Positions 1-10,785 of a stretch of DNA of 64,000 nucleotides are shown piece by piece. Numbering within the stretch: position 1 is the first letter of the stretch; every line of letters begins with the position of its first letter. Below the pieces are notes generated by a model. It was not told the origin of the DNA and searched no databases. It saw nothing but the letters and a program-made list of their open reading frames with translations. The DNA is from Leptolyngbyaceae cyanobacterium (GTDB taxonomy: Bacteria > Cyanobacteriota > Cyanobacteriia > Phormidesmidales > Phormidesmidaceae): contig CBDHHL010000048.1 of NCBI GenBank assembly GCA_965263355.1, positions 192,001 to 256,000 on the forward strand. Reading direction: 5' to 3'. A program made the position numbers and the translations under genes.

Positions 1-170
1 ACAACATCAGACTTTTTCACACCCATATTCGGTAGTGCGTCTTTAACAACAGCGATAATCACATCGCCCACACTGGCATAGCGACGATTCCCCCCCAGAA
101 CACGAATGCACATTAACTTACGTGCACCGCTGTTATCTGCCACATTCAGATATGTTTCCTGCTGAATCAT
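1..170 (-). CDS. rplN: 50S ribosomal protein L14 (5' part; runs off window)
   Basis: Not in ORF track. Reverse strand from ATG at 170 reads [43 protein letters not shown]; follows rpsQ. Confidence 0.97.
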   Translation of the reverse strand, partial: MIQQETYLNVADNSGARKLMCIRVLGGNRRYASVGDVIIAVVKDALPNMGVKKSDV

Positions 171-182
171 TAATTGGCTCCC

Positions 183-434
183 CTATACTCTTTCAGAACG
201 GCCTAAAATATTGGCAACGACCCAGCACTTAGTTCGACTTAGGGGGCGACTTTCGCGGATACGCACAATATCCCCAGCCTTACACTCATTAGAGTCATCA
301 TGGGCCTTGTACTTCTTAGTACGAACAACAATTTTCTGATACTTAGGATGGGGGACACGATTTTCAACAGCCACTACAACTGTCTTATCCATTTTGTTGC
401 TAACCACTCGTCCTGTTAGTTCTCTAGCTGCCAT
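183..434 (-). CDS. rpsQ: 30S ribosomal protein S17
   Basis: [33 protein letters not shown]10 operon position. Confidence 0.98.
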   Translation of the reverse strand: MAARELTGRVVSNKMDKTVVVAVENRVPHPKYQKIVVRTKKYKAHDDSNECKAGDIVRIRESRPLSRTKCWVVANILGRSERV

Positions 435-450
435 AGCTGTTTAACTCCTA

Positions 451-696
451 CTACTCGCTACTTACTACCGCATCATCTTCACTGACTACACCAGCACTCA
501 GTTGACGCTCGCGCTCTATAGTCATTAGCTGAGCTAATTTACGGCGAGCATGCTTAAACTGATGAAAACCCGTCTCCATCTGCCGGGTAGCCTGCTGAAA
601 ACGCAAATCAAACAACGCACGCTTAACATTAGCGATTTCAGCAGATAATTCATCATCACTAAGTTTTCTTAACTCTTTAGCTTTAGAAAGCGCCAT
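451..696 (-). CDS. rpmC: 50S ribosomal protein L29
   Basis: KELRKLSDDEL..LFDLRFQQAT..ARRKLAQLMTI; between rplP and rpsQ. Confidence 0.97.
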   Translation of the reverse strand: MALSKAKELRKLSDDELSAEIANVKRALFDLRFQQATRQMETGFHQFKHARRKLAQLMTIERERQLSAGVVSEDDAVVSSE

Positions 697-699
697 GAC

Positions 700-1119
700 T
701 TAACCCTCCAATCCTTCACGGGCAATGAACTTAGTTTTGAATGGCAACTTGAAGGAGGCTAAACGCATGGCTTCACGAGCAATTTCCTCAGGCACACCGG
801 TAATTTCAAAAATGATTCGACCGGGCTTTATCACAGCGACCCAAAACTCTGGATTACCCTTACCAGAACCCATACGGGTCTCTGCCGGACGCATAGTCAC
901 AGGCTTATCTGGAAAAACACGAATCCAAATCTTTCCGCCACGCTTTACATAACGGGTCATCGCACGACGAGCAGCCTCAATTTGACGCGACGTCATCCAA
1001 GAGCACTCAGTCGCCTGGAGAGCATATTCACCAAAATTGATTTTGCTACCACGATGGGCCATACCGCGCATACGACCGCGATGCTGCTTACGAAATTTTG
1101 TTCTTCTAGGACTCAGCAT
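700..1119 (-). CDS. rplP: 50S ribosomal protein L16
   Basis: [22 protein letters not shown]. Confidence 0.98.
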   Translation of the reverse strand: MLSPRRTKFRKQHRGRMRGMAHRGSKINFGEYALQATECSWMTSRQIEAARRAMTRYVKRGGKIWIRVFPDKPVTMRPAETRMGSGKGNPEFWVAVIKPGRIIFEITGVPEEIAREAMRLASFKLPFKTKFIAREGLEG

Positions 1120-1154
1120 GATGCTTAAACGGCTAAACAGCTAAAGAGAGAAAA

Positions 1155-1886
1155 TTAGGAATCGTTCGACCGATCCTCAAACTGCTGACGACGACGTGGC
1201 TGACGACGTCGCGGCTGATTGTTAGCGGGTTGAGGAACCTCCTCTTGCCCAGGAATAATTTCACCCTTAAAGACCCAGATCTTAATCCCCAAAATTCCAT
1301 AGGTAGTCTGGGCGGTTTTATAGGCATAGTCAATATTGGCACGCAGCGTATGCAAAGGTACACGCCCCTCACGAGTCCACTCAGTACGAGCAATCTCAGC
1401 TCCATTTAAACGACCACTTACCTGAATCTTAATCCCCTCAACCCCAGCTCGTTGAGCTCGCTGAATTGTCTGCCGCACAACTCGACGAAACGACACACGT
1501 CTCTCCAACTGCTGCACAATATACTCAGCAATTAGAGCCGCTTCAGCATCAACACGGGCTACCTCAATAACATTGATACGAATCTGGCGAGTGTTATCCT
1601 TTAACTGCTTCTGCAAGCCAGCCCGTAAAGATTCAATGCCTGTACCACCACGCCCAACCACAACACCTGGACGCGCCGTGTGTAACTCTAAATCAATTTG
1701 ATCAGCTTTACGAGCAATTTTGATGTCAGAAATACCAGCATTATTGAGATTCTTCTCAATATACTGACGAATAACATGATCTTCTTGCAGCTGACCAGGA
1801 TACTGCCTTGAATCAGCATACCAACAGGAAGCATGTTCCTTAGTAATGCCAAGTCGAAAGCCAATTGGGTTAATTTTCTGTCCCAC
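1155..1886 (-). CDS. rpsC: 30S ribosomal protein S3
   Basis: [14 protein letters not shown] domain, [13 protein letters not shown] start. Confidence 0.98.
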   Translation of the reverse strand: MGQKINPIGFRLGITKEHASCWYADSRQYPGQLQEDHVIRQYIEKNLNNAGISDIKIARKADQIDLELHTARPGVVVGRGGTGIESLRAGLQKQLKDNTRQIRINVIEVARVDAEAALIAEYIVQQLERRVSFRRVVRQTIQRAQRAGVEGIKIQVSGRLNGAEIARTEWTREGRVPLHTLRANIDYAYKTAQTTYGILGIKIWVFKGEIIPGQEEVPQPANNQPRRRQPRRRQQFEDRSNDS

Positions 1887-1927
1887 AAATCTTTCCCTTA
1901 TAAAGAGCTAACAGCAAAAAACTAGGT

Positions 1928-2290
1928 CTAGCTCGAAGAGCCAGGAGCAACCGCAATGGTGATATGACAAGTCGGCTTTCGAATTTGGTAAGCACGACCT
2001 TGAGCCCGAGGACGATACCGCTTCAAAACAGGTCCCTGATCGGCAAATGCCTCACTGACATAAAGATCAACAGGATCCATCCCATTGTTATGCTCAGCAT
2101 TGGCTACAGCAGAACGAAGCACTTTCAAAATAGGCTCACAGGCCCTGTAGGGCATAAACTCAAGAATAATAAGCGCCTCTCTGTAGGAAAGACCTCTAAT
2201 TTGATCAAGCACTCGCCGGACCTTATGGGGAGACATACGTATATAGCGAGCAACAGACTTGACTTGATTACTACTATCGATTTCAACCAT
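1928..2290 (-). CDS. rplV: 50S ribosomal protein L22
   Basis: [30 protein letters not shown]. Confidence 0.98.
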   Translation of the reverse strand: MVEIDSSNQVKSVARYIRMSPHKVRRVLDQIRGLSYREALIILEFMPYRACEPILKVLRSAVANAEHNNGMDPVDLYVSEAFADQGPVLKRYRPRAQGRAYQIRKPTCHITIAVAPGSSS

Positions 2291-2301
2291 GGCTAATCTC
2301 C

Positions 2302-2580
2302 CTAGCGTCGCGCTTTCTTATCACTCTTGACATGCCCACGAAACGTTCGTGTGGGAGCAAATTCGCCTAATTTATGCCCCACCATCTGCTCATTAACATA
2401 CACGGGCACATGTTGGCGACCATTATGAACAGCGATGGTGTGGCCAATCATCTGAGGAATGATGGTGGAGGCACGAGACCAAGTTTTAATAACCTGCTTA
2501 TCTCCTTTTACGTTGAGCCTTTCAATCTTTTTGAGCAAATGATCTGCCACAAAAGGACCTTTCTTGAGAGAGCGAGCCAT
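2302..2580 (-). CDS. rpsS: 30S ribosomal protein S19
   Basis: [22 protein letters not shown]. Confidence 0.98.
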   Translation of the reverse strand: MARSLKKGPFVADHLLKKIERLNVKGDKQVIKTWSRASTIIPQMIGHTIAVHNGRQHVPVYVNEQMVGHKLGEFAPTRTFRGHVKSDKKARR

Positions 2581-2661
2581 AGTTTCGCCAGCCTAAAAAA
2601 CAATCGGTTAATAACAAAAGAACTGATAACTTGACACATCCAAACCGCTGGATAATGACAC

Positions 2662-3525
2662 CTATGAGTCACGACCACCACGACCACGCTTGGAAGAGCG
2701 ACGACGACGACGGACGATCAGCGACGTACTTGCCTTCTTCTTATCCCGAGTCTTATAGCCAAGCGCTGGCTTACCCCAAGGAGTCACAGGACCACTGCGA
2801 CCAATAGGCGCACGGCCTTCACCACCACCATGAGGGTGATCTACTGGGTTCATAACACTACCACGCACCTCTGGACGCCGACCCAACCAACGCTTTCGTC
2901 CAGCTTTACCGAGGGTGACGTTGCGAGCTTCCACATTGCCAACCTGACCAATTGTTGCATAACACTCACGACGTACCATACGAACCTCACTTGAGGGCAG
3001 CTTGAGCGTTACATATCCCCCTTCTTTCGCCATTACTTGGGCAGAACCACCCGCTGCACGAACAATTTGACCACCACGTCCAGGATAGAGTTCTACATTA
3101 TGTACAGACGTACCAAGGGGCATCTTGTGCAGCGGCAACGCATTTCCTACTTCAAGGGGAGCATCAAGCCCAGCAATAATAGTAGAACCCACTACCAATC
3201 CAGATGGATGCAGGATATAGCGCCTCTCACCGTCCTCATACTGAACCAGCGAGATTCGAGCATTTCTATTGGGATCGTATTCAACCGAAAGGACTTCAGC
3301 GGTAATATCCCGCTTGTCTCGCTTAAAGTCAATCACACGATATAGGCGCTTGTGACCGCCACCACGATGACGACAAGTAATGACACCCCGATTATTTCTT
3401 CCCTTAGCACGATGAATAGAGCGCGTTAGCTTCTTTTCCGGCTTAGTCCGAGTGATCTCTGAAAAGTCAGAGACACTGCGCTCACGAGTACCTGGAGTTA
3501 GAGGCCGATAAGTACGAATTCCCAT
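2662..3525 (-). CDS. rplB: 50S ribosomal protein L2
   Basis: [32 protein letters not shown]. Confidence 0.98.
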   Translation of the reverse strand: MGIRTYRPLTPGTRERSVSDFSEITRTKPEKKLTRSIHRAKGRNNRGVITCRHRGGGHKRLYRVIDFKRDKRDITAEVLSVEYDPNRNARISLVQYEDGERRYILHPSGLVVGSTIIAGLDAPLEVGNALPLHKMPLGTSVHNVELYPGRGGQIVRAAGGSAQVMAKEGGYVTLKLPSSEVRMVRRECYATIGQVGNVEARNVTLGKAGRKRWLGRRPEVRGSVMNPVDHPHGGGEGRAPIGRSGPVTPWGKPALGYKTRDKKKASTSLIVRRRRRSSKRGRGGRDS

Positions 3526-3562
3526 GATTTATATGCAAACTAATTAAGTGCTAAAGCCGATA

Positions 3563-3868
3563 CTAAACATCTGGGAAGAGGGGAATAGTATCACCCTCGG
3601 CAAGTGTGACAATAGCTCGTTTGTAAGTAGGTTTGTAACCAATGAAACGACCTAGTCGCTTTTTTTTACGGGGCGGATTCATGGTACTAATACCAATCAC
3701 CTTTACATCAAACAACACCTCAACTGCCGCTTTAATTTCAGTCTTGGTTGCTTTGGGAGCAACCTCAAAGGTGTACTGATTATTTTCCAGATTTAAGGTT
3801 GCTTTTTCAGTAATCAGAGGCTTTCGAATAATATCTGGAAGGTTTCGGGAGTCAATCGCTTTAGGCAC
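3563..3868 (-). CDS. rplW: 50S ribosomal protein L23
   Basis: [31 protein letters not shown]; start overlaps rplD stop. Confidence 0.97.
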   Translation of the reverse strand: MPKAIDSRNLPDIIRKPLITEKATLNLENNQYTFEVAPKATKTEIKAAVEVLFDVKVIGISTMNPPRKKKRLGRFIGYKPTYKRAIVTLAEGDTIPLFPDV

Positions 3869-4493
3869 CGTACACCTCCTGAACTTTATCTAGCGCAGTC
3901 GCAGTCACTACCAACCGATCAGCCAAAACAATATCGTAAGCATTTAGGTTGGTGACTAAAATAAGCTTGATATTAGCTACATTTCGAACAGAACGGTAAA
4001 CAGTCTCATTTTTCTCAGCCGTAACCATCAGCACTTTTTGATCAGACTCAATTCCCCAACGCTCCATAGCAGAGAGAACCTCTTTTGTCTTAGGCATTGA
4101 AAGCTGGTCAGCAAATTCCTGAACAACAACCATGTCATCTACTCGACTCTGAAATGCCGTACGCAGAGCTAAACGACGCTCCTTACGGTTCATCTTGATC
4201 TCAAAATCACGGGGTTTAGGACCAAAAATAACACCACCACCACGCCACAGCGGAGAACGATTGGAACCAGCACGAGCACGACCAGTTCCCTTTTGACGCC
4301 AAGGCTTACGACCTCCGCCACGCACCTCAGAACGGGTCTTGGAAGACAACGTCCCCTGACGAGAGTTATGCATCTGGCGCAAAATCGCACGATGCACAAT
4401 ATGGGCAGCATTTTCCTCACTAGCCACCTTTAAATCAAGGATTGCAGTACCAATATCAGAGCCCTGCCAATTTTTTACTATGCAATCAACCAT
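3861..4493 (-). CDS. rplD: 50S ribosomal protein L4
   Basis: [32 protein letters not shown]. Confidence 0.98.
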   Translation of the reverse strand: MVDCIVKNWQGSDIGTAILDLKVASEENAAHIVHRAILRQMHNSRQGTLSSKTRSEVRGGGRKPWRQKGTGRARAGSNRSPLWRGGGVIFGPKPRDFEIKMNRKERRLALRTAFQSRVDDMVVVQEFADQLSMPKTKEVLSAMERWGIESDQKVLMVTAEKNETVYRSVRNVANIKLILVTNLNAYDIVLADRLVVTATALDKVQEVYGA

Positions 4494-4510
4494 GATGAGC
4501 TTTTAGCCCC

Positions 4511-5149
4511 CTATTTTTTGCCAACAATATTTGCAGGGGCAATGTTCAACAATGCGCCTGGTTTACCAGGAACAGCACCCTTTACTAATAAAACATTACG
4601 CTCACCATCAACTTTGACCACGGACAGTTTACGCACAGTGACTTGAACGTTACCTAACTGACCAGCCATTTTTTTACCAGGGTAGACCCGACCAGGGGTT
4701 GTACCAGGACCAATCGAACCTGGTAAACGATGGTTTTTGGAACCATGGGTCATGGGACCACGCCTAAAGTTATGACGCTTTTGGTTACCCGCAAATCCTT
4801 TACCAATACTTTTACCGGAAACATCTACCAACTGCCCAACTTCAAATATATCGGCAGCCAGAGTCTGTCCCAGTTCATAAGCTGAGCTGTCATCAACGCG
4901 ATACTCACGCAAATGACGTAGGTTAGGCGCTCCTGACTTTTTGAGATGACCTAACTCAGGCTTACTCAACGCCTTTTCCGCCACTTCCTGATAGCCAACC
5001 TGCACAGCGCAGTAGCCATCGGTCTGTTGCGTTTTAACCTGAGTAACAACGCAGGGACCAGCTTGAATGACAGTTACAGGCACAGCATTACCAGTGTCAT
5101 CAAACACCTGAGTCATTCCCAGCTTCGTCCCGAGAATACCGACAGACAC
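4511..5149 (-). CDS. rplC: 50S ribosomal protein L3
   Basis: [38 protein letters not shown]. Start moved to GTG at 5149, which has GGAG upstream; the ORF-track extension to 5272 is not homologous. Confidence 0.97.
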   Translation of the reverse strand: MSVGILGTKLGMTQVFDDTGNAVPVTVIQAGPCVVTQVKTQQTDGYCAVQVGYQEVAEKALSKPELGHLKKSGAPNLRHLREYRVDDSSAYELGQTLAADIFEVGQLVDVSGKSIGKGFAGNQKRHNFRRGPMTHGSKNHRLPGSIGPGTTPGRVYPGKKMAGQLGNVQVTVRKLSVVKVDGERNVLLVKGAVPGKPGALLNIAPANIVGKK

Positions 5150-5630
5150 AATCAATCTCCCTAAACACTCGCGCCAGCCTACAACGATTTGCAGCCAGCA
5201 TTTTAGGCCCCTTGCTTTTTCACAGCGGGAGCAATTGCCTAGAAAAGTAAACAAACACCTCAAGGCATTCAAACCTCTCTAGAAATCCAACCGTATTTGA
5301 TTGAATACTTTGATCACTGACTAAGACACATAAAAACTCATCAGCGCGACAAGTACATTGAAACAGTGCCCTGTGAGCCTTAAAACGGCTGCCCTAGACT
5401 TAAGCAGATATACCACTTAGTATCTAACTTGGCAGCGACTTCTAATAGTACAGAAAAATGACGTACATGTCCATCATTTTTTGAGATTATTTTGAAATAT
5501 TTTAGTAGTGGTGCCTAAGCTTTCTTTGAACAGACTAGTCGTGGTTTTGTTTTGTGAAAGCTACGGTCAATCGCTTTAGTATGTAAGTGGTAAGTAGTAA
5601 ATAAACCTCACAGGCACTGTTTGCAAAGCT

Positions 5631-6104
5631 ATGGGATTACTTGTATTAGGCAATAAATTCGTACGAGATTTGGAAAGCAATGGTGCACTAGCCGTACGGG
5701 TACCGCTGGAAGGTGGTTTTGAAGGGCGCTATCAGCGACGGATGCGAGCAGCCGGTTATGAAAGTTTGCATATGACAGCCCGTGGTCTGGGAGATTTATC
5801 GGCTTATTTGGAAGATGTCCATGGTATCCGGCCACCTCACTTAGGCAAGAAAAGCATGGGTCAAGCGGCTGTCGGCGATCGCTATTTTGTCCCGTCGGTG
5901 CTGGGATATCGGCTAGAGCATATGGCTAAAGGTACGAAAGGCATTATGCTCTGGTTGATTGAAGGCCACATTTTATCAAGTCAAGAATTGGCATTTTTAG
6001 CTGCCCTGTGTTCATTAGACTCTCGTATCAAGGTAGTTGTTGAACTAGGGGGTGACCGCTCATTTAAATGGTTTCCACTCAGAGACGCTGTTCAGTCCGC
6101 ATAG
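5631..6104 (+). CDS. ndhN: NAD(P)H-quinone oxidoreductase (NDH-1) subunit N
   Basis: PLEGGFEGRYQRR..ARGLGDL..HGIRPPHLGK; divergent from rplC as usual in cyanobacteria. Confidence 0.95.
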   Translation: MGLLVLGNKFVRDLESNGALAVRVPLEGGFEGRYQRRMRAAGYESLHMTARGLGDLSAYLEDVHGIRPPHLGKKSMGQAAVGDRYFVPSVLGYRLEHMAKGTKGIMLWLIEGHILSSQELAFLAALCSLDSRIKVVVELGGDRSFKWFPLRDAVQSA

Positions 6105-6191
6105 ATAGCCTTTTCGAACTAGGCCTAGCAAAATAAGAACATTTGTTCTAAGTTAATTGTAGAGTAATTTGCTAAGCGATAGCATAAATGG

Positions 6192-7343
6192 GTGACTATT
6201 CCCCTAAATCCGCTAGAGGCCCTAGAGCATGGCCAATGGTTCAAGCTTATTTGTGGTGCTAGCTACCAAGATGTCTCAAAAGTTCGTAATTTGTCCCTGG
6301 TGTATAGCCTAGCAGGGGCAGATTGTATTGATGTAGCAGCTGATCTAGCTGTGGTCCAAGCGGCTGTAAAGGGCATTACTGCATCACAATCCATCGCACC
6401 CGCTATCGGCATCAATCGTCCATGGTTGATGACCAGTTTCAACGATGGACAAGATCCTCATTTCCGGAAAGCTTGGTTTGACATACAGAAATGTCCCATC
6501 GATTGTACTCGTCCCTGCGAACGGGTATGTCCAGCCGATGCCATCTTGGCATTACCAGCAGCAGTAATAAGTAGTAAACGGGCAGGAGGTTTGGGAGTCA
6601 TTGCTGAACGCTGTTATGGTTGTGGCCGCTGTTTGCCCGTATGTCCCTATGATTTGTTGGAAGAGAAAGCGTTCACTGTCGCTGCCAGGGAAGTTATACC
6701 AACCCTCTTGCCATATATTGATGCCATTGAAATCCACACTCAAATGGGTCGAGAGGATAAGTTCAAAAACCTTTGGCAACAACTGTCTCCTTATATTTCC
6801 CAGCTCAAACTGGTGGCCATTAGCTGTGCCGATAGTGAGCCTAAAAGTAACGCCATTATTAACTATCTAGCTCAGCTATATGAGCGAATGGACCCAAAAC
6901 CAAATCATCTGCTATGGCAAACAGACGGTCGTCCGATGAGTGGGGATATTGGTAAGGGGACTACACTTGCAACAATTCGGCTGGCAGAAAAAGTCTTAAA
7001 CGCCCGTTTACCTGGTTATGTTCAACTGGCAGGCGGAACAAATGACTATACGGTGGCTAAGTTGCGAGCACTAAATCTGCTCAAGTCTTTCGATAGCACC
7101 GCTAGGGACAAACACTCCAAGGACCATGGCATTCATGGCATTGCCTACGGCAGCTATGCGCGACGCTTGATCAATCCAGGGGATACTCATCTCGAAAACC
7201 GGCCTATACAGTTGTGGCAACAAGTTCATTTAGCCCGTGAATTAGTTAGCCAGATTAAGACAGACTACTTACCTGATATTTCACAATTCTTAAACCAGCC
7301 TAGTTGCTCATCCCGAGCCATAGAAGCGATTATACCTCCATAG
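6192..7343 (+). CDS. ldpA: Circadian input Fe-S protein LdpA (light-dependent period)
   Basis: WFKLICGASYQD, two ferredoxin Cys clusters (CPIDCTRPCERVCP; CYGCGRCLPVCP), WQTDGRPMSGDIG, QLAGGTN. Confidence 0.93.
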   Translation: MTIPLNPLEALEHGQWFKLICGASYQDVSKVRNLSLVYSLAGADCIDVAADLAVVQAAVKGITASQSIAPAIGINRPWLMTSFNDGQDPHFRKAWFDIQKCPIDCTRPCERVCPADAILALPAAVISSKRAGGLGVIAERCYGCGRCLPVCPYDLLEEKAFTVAAREVIPTLLPYIDAIEIHTQMGREDKFKNLWQQLSPYISQLKLVAISCADSEPKSNAIINYLAQLYERMDPKPNHLLWQTDGRPMSGDIGKGTTLATIRLAEKVLNARLPGYVQLAGGTNDYTVAKLRALNLLKSFDSTARDKHSKDHGIHGIAYGSYARRLINPGDTHLENRPIQLWQQVHLARELVSQIKTDYLPDISQFLNQPSCSSRAIEAIIPP

Positions 7344-7440
7344 ACGTCCAAGACAATCATCATCCCGATGTCACTATGACTGCGGCTGGCTGCCAAAAAC
7401 CGCACTTTGCACCTATCAATAAATTTTCTGTCTCATTTCT

Positions 7441-9228
7441 ATGGCTCGTTCAGACGAATACAAATCTACGCCTGAATCGACTGTTGCACGACCTAGCAGC
7501 AACTCTCCCATTTATGACGATTTAGAGCAGCTGCTCAGCATCCTACCTGCTGAGCTACGTCACCCCCTCAGCAACCACCCCAAACGCCCCCAGTTGATTG
7601 AGGTCATCCTTGACTTGGGTAGACGGCCTGAAGCTAGGTTTCCGGGACAGGCGGAGTTTCTTGCCGAGCAAATTATATCTAAACGGGATTTGGAGTACTG
7701 CATTGAGCGAGTTGGTACGTTTGGTGGTGACAATCGTGCTGGCATTGAAAAAACCCTACACCGCATTAGCGCCATGCGTAATCGAGCTGGCACAATCATT
7801 GGCCTAACTTGCCGGGTGGGGCGAGCTATATTTGGCACCGTAGAAATGATTCGCGACCTAGTGGAAGCAGGTCAATCAATTTTATTGCTGGGTCGGCCAG
7901 GGGTGGGAAAAACAACCGCCCTACGAGAAATAGCTCGTGTACTGGCCGATGACCTGAGTAAACGGGTGGTGATTATCGATACCTCCAACGAAATTGCTGG
8001 CGATGGAGATATTCCTCACCCTGCTATCGGTCGGGCCCGTCGTATGCAAGTTGCTTGTCCAGAACAGCAGCATCAGGTGATGATCGAGGCAGTGGAAAAC
8101 CACACCCCTGAAGTCATCATCATTGATGAAATCGGTACTGAATTAGAGGCCCTGGCAGCTAGAACCATTGCTGAAAGAGGAGTACAACTAGTAGGCACAG
8201 CCCATGGTAATCAGTTAGAAAATCTGATTAAAAACCCCACACTAGCGGACCTAATTGGTGGCATTCAAACAGTTACCTTAGGAGATGATGAAGCCCGTCG
8301 CCGTGGTAGTCAAAAAAGTGTATTGGAACGCAAGGCACCACCAACCTTCGATGTAGCCATCGAGATGCTAGAGCGACAAAGATGGGTCGTACATGAGGAT
8401 GTAGCCACTACAGTTGATAATCTACTACGTGGGCGAGTGCCCGAAACCCAAGTTCGGACGGTGGGAGATAGTGGCCAAGTCATGATTACCCACGAATTAC
8501 CGGATGTTGTCAGTCAACGACGTAGCACCCGGCGAACACAGCGTGGGTGGCGTGAGGCTGGCCAAATGGAACCTGTTGTTGCCCACCAGTCTCGTAGCTT
8601 TACACCAACACCACCAACACCATTACCTATACCTACTGCTACTGATGATTTTCAAACTCTGCTAGAGCATCAACTAGATGCAGCCAGTTTAGAATTGTCC
8701 ACACCTGTGGGACCCAATGGAGAAGAAATGGTGCCAGTTTATCCTTATGGCATTAGTCGTGAGCAACTGCACCATGTAATTGACACCCTTAAGTTACCGG
8801 TATCCATCACAAAGGAACTGGGGGTAGCTCAAGCGGTTTTGGCGTTACGATCCCATGTGCGCAATCACTCTAAACTTAAAACCTTGGCAAAATCCCGCCA
8901 ACTTCCTATTTACACAGTCAAATCGAATACCATTCCACAAATCACCAGAGCCCTGCAGCGATTGCTAGATATTGATCCCAGAGACCAATCCGAGGCCATT
9001 GATTTATCACTTTTCACTCATCAAGGCGACGATGACGAACTCGAAGCCCTGGAAGAAGCAAGGCTAGCCGTAGAGCAAATTGTGATTCCCAAAGGACAGC
9101 CTGTCGAATTATTGCCACGCTCTGCCAAAATCCGAAAAATGCAACATGAACTCGCCGAACATTATCGACTCAAGTCCTTGAGTTTTGGTGATGAGCCTAA
9201 TCGTCGATTACGTATTTTTCCGGCCTAG
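7441..9228 (+). CDS. Ycf45-like SpoIIIAA-type AAA ATPase with C-terminal R3H domain
   Basis: Walker A GRPGVGKT, IIDTSNEIAGDGD, IIIDEIG; R3H motif RKMQH near the C-terminus. Confidence 0.9.
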   Translation: MARSDEYKSTPESTVARPSSNSPIYDDLEQLLSILPAELRHPLSNHPKRPQLIEVILDLGRRPEARFPGQAEFLAEQIISKRDLEYCIERVGTFGGDNRAGIEKTLHRISAMRNRAGTIIGLTCRVGRAIFGTVEMIRDLVEAGQSILLLGRPGVGKTTALREIARVLADDLSKRVVIIDTSNEIAGDGDIPHPAIGRARRMQVACPEQQHQVMIEAVENHTPEVIIIDEIGTELEALAARTIAERGVQLVGTAHGNQLENLIKNPTLADLIGGIQTVTLGDDEARRRGSQKSVLERKAPPTFDVAIEMLERQRWVVHEDVATTVDNLLRGRVPETQVRTVGDSGQVMITHELPDVVSQRRSTRRTQRGWREAGQMEPVVAHQSRSFTPTPPTPLPIPTATDDFQTLLEHQLDAASLELSTPVGPNGEEMVPVYPYGISREQLHHVIDTLKLPVSITKELGVAQAVLALRSHVRNHSKLKTLAKSRQLPIYTVKSNTIPQITRALQRLLDIDPRDQSEAIDLSLFTHQGDDDELEALEEARLAVEQIVIPKGQPVELLPRSAKIRKMQHELAEHYRLKSLSFGDEPNRRLRIFPA

Positions 9229-9300
9229 TATAAGATAATCACCACAGGTCCATTGCTCAGGCACACCACATTAGAGCCATCTGTAATTTGGAATAAGTTT

Positions 9301-9711
9301 ATGAAACGTATTTTGTCTCGTTTGCTCGCCTTCACCCTAGTGGCAGTCCTAGGACTCACTGGCTGCGGTGGTGATGGCATGGGAGCCGATGGCCTCAGCG
9401 GCAATTACCGCCAAGACACTATGGCAGTCGTAGAAACGCTAAGGGCTGCCATCGAACTACCCGCAGATGCCTCCAATCTAAACGAAGTCCGGGCTCAAGC
9501 TAGGCAACAGATTAATGCTTTCTCAGCCCGCTATCGTCGAACAGCAGCAGCAGCCAACCTAAGTTCCTTTGCAACTATGCAAACAGCGCTAAATGCATTG
9601 GCGGGGCACTACAGCTCCTATCCAAATCGCCCCATTCCCGAAAAGCTTAGAAAGCGACTTGAGCAAGAATTTAAGCAAGTTGAAGCTGCCCTGCGCAGAG
9701 AAGCTGCATAA
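9301..9711 (+). CDS. psb27: Photosystem II assembly lipoprotein Psb27
   Basis: Lipobox LTGC; SFATMQTALNALAGHYSSYPNRPIPEKL; ATG at 9301. Confidence 0.95.
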   Translation: MKRILSRLLAFTLVAVLGLTGCGGDGMGADGLSGNYRQDTMAVVETLRAAIELPADASNLNEVRAQARQQINAFSARYRRTAAAANLSSFATMQTALNALAGHYSSYPNRPIPEKLRKRLEQEFKQVEAALRREAA

Positions 9712-9751
9712 AGGTTAAACCGGCATCATTTCATTAATAAGTCACTGACAA

Positions 9752-9791
9752 CAAGTCTCGCTATGTTTGACAGCGGGACTTGCTGCTTTTT
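9752..9791 (+). terminator. Probable intrinsic terminator after psb27
   Basis: CAAGTCTCGCT (9752-9762) pairs with AGCGGGACTTG (9772-9782); T5 at 9787-9791. Confidence 0.55.
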
Positions 9792-9935
9792 AAGGCTTAG
9801 CCACATCTAAAGCAGTCGATTTTCCGTGGAAGAATCTACAGGTTTTAACTTGGACGTGATTTACAGAGGAAACCTGCCATAAACAAAGTAACAAGCTGAA
9901 CAAATTTGCATTAACTTATTTGAAACAAAACTTAA

Positions 9936-9965
9936 TTGACCAGCCATTAAGTTATTTGCTATAAT
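9936..9965 (+). promoter_or_regulatory. Sigma70-type promoter for the rpmJ-rpsM..prfA block
   Basis: TTGACC (9936-9941), 18-nt spacer, extended -10 TGcTATAAT (9957-9965), 37 nt before the rpmJ ATG. Confidence 0.65.
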
Positions 9966-10002
9966 GACACTTCTGTAGGCAATTTTTTATTACATTTTCA
10001 AC

Positions 10003-10116
10003 ATGAAAGTACGGGCATCCGTTAAGAAGATGTGTGACAAGTGCCGGGTGATCCGTCGGCGCGGTCGAGTTATGGTTATTTGTTCTAATCCTAAGCATAA
10101 GCAACGCCAGGGTTAG
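10003..10116 (+). CDS. rpmJ: 50S ribosomal protein L36 (Zn-binding form)
   Basis: Not in ORF track. [37 protein letters not shown]. Confidence 0.98.
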   Translation: MKVRASVKKMCDKCRVIRRRGRVMVICSNPKHKQRQG

Positions 10117-10221
10117 TCACTGTAGCAAGTTTAACGATTATTTCACATTCGATTTAGCGGTTGCCCACTGACTTGTCAGTGCTGACATGACCGCACTGCA
10201 GCAAACTAGGGAGAAAGCACG

Positions 10222-10602
10222 GTGGCACGTATTGCAGGCGTTGACCTACCAAGGGAGAAGCGCATTGAAATTGGTTTAACTTACATTTATGGTATCGGTC
10301 TGAGCCGATCAAAAGAGATTTTGGCAAAGACTGGGGTCAATGCCGACATTCGCGTTAAGGATTTAGCTGATAGCGATGTCGCCAAACTTCGTGAAGTCGT
10401 TGAAAACGACTATCAGATCGAAGGAGATCTGAGGCGTTGGGAGAGTATGAACATTAAGCGACTGATGGATATTGGTTGCTACCGAGGGCGTCGACATCGA
10501 ACGGGACTACCTGTACGTGGCCAGCGCACTCGCACTAATGCTCGTACTCGTCGAGGTAAGCGTTTGGCCATTGCGGGCAAGAAAAAGCCTGGGAAAAAGT
10601 AG
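10222..10602 (+). CDS. rpsM: 30S ribosomal protein S13
   Basis: [32 protein letters not shown]. Confidence 0.98.
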   Translation: MARIAGVDLPREKRIEIGLTYIYGIGLSRSKEILAKTGVNADIRVKDLADSDVAKLREVVENDYQIEGDLRRWESMNIKRLMDIGCYRGRRHRTGLPVRGQRTRTNARTRRGKRLAIAGKKKPGKK

Positions 10603-10785
10603 GTAAGTCCTGGCAAGTAGGTTCTGGCAGAGTAATCTGCAGGTGATTTTTAGCATGAGATTGCCAATAGGACATGCACGATAAAACGGGGAAAGTATTT
10701 TGACAAGGCAATGCATCGGCATACTGAACGCTGATTGATTGATAGAGATTTTGTGAAGAGTTAACGTTTTCGGAATACACGAACT

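Noticed and set aside
2662..2720. Arg-rich L2 C-terminal tail ([16 protein letters not shown])
   Set aside because: Typical of cyanobacterial L2.
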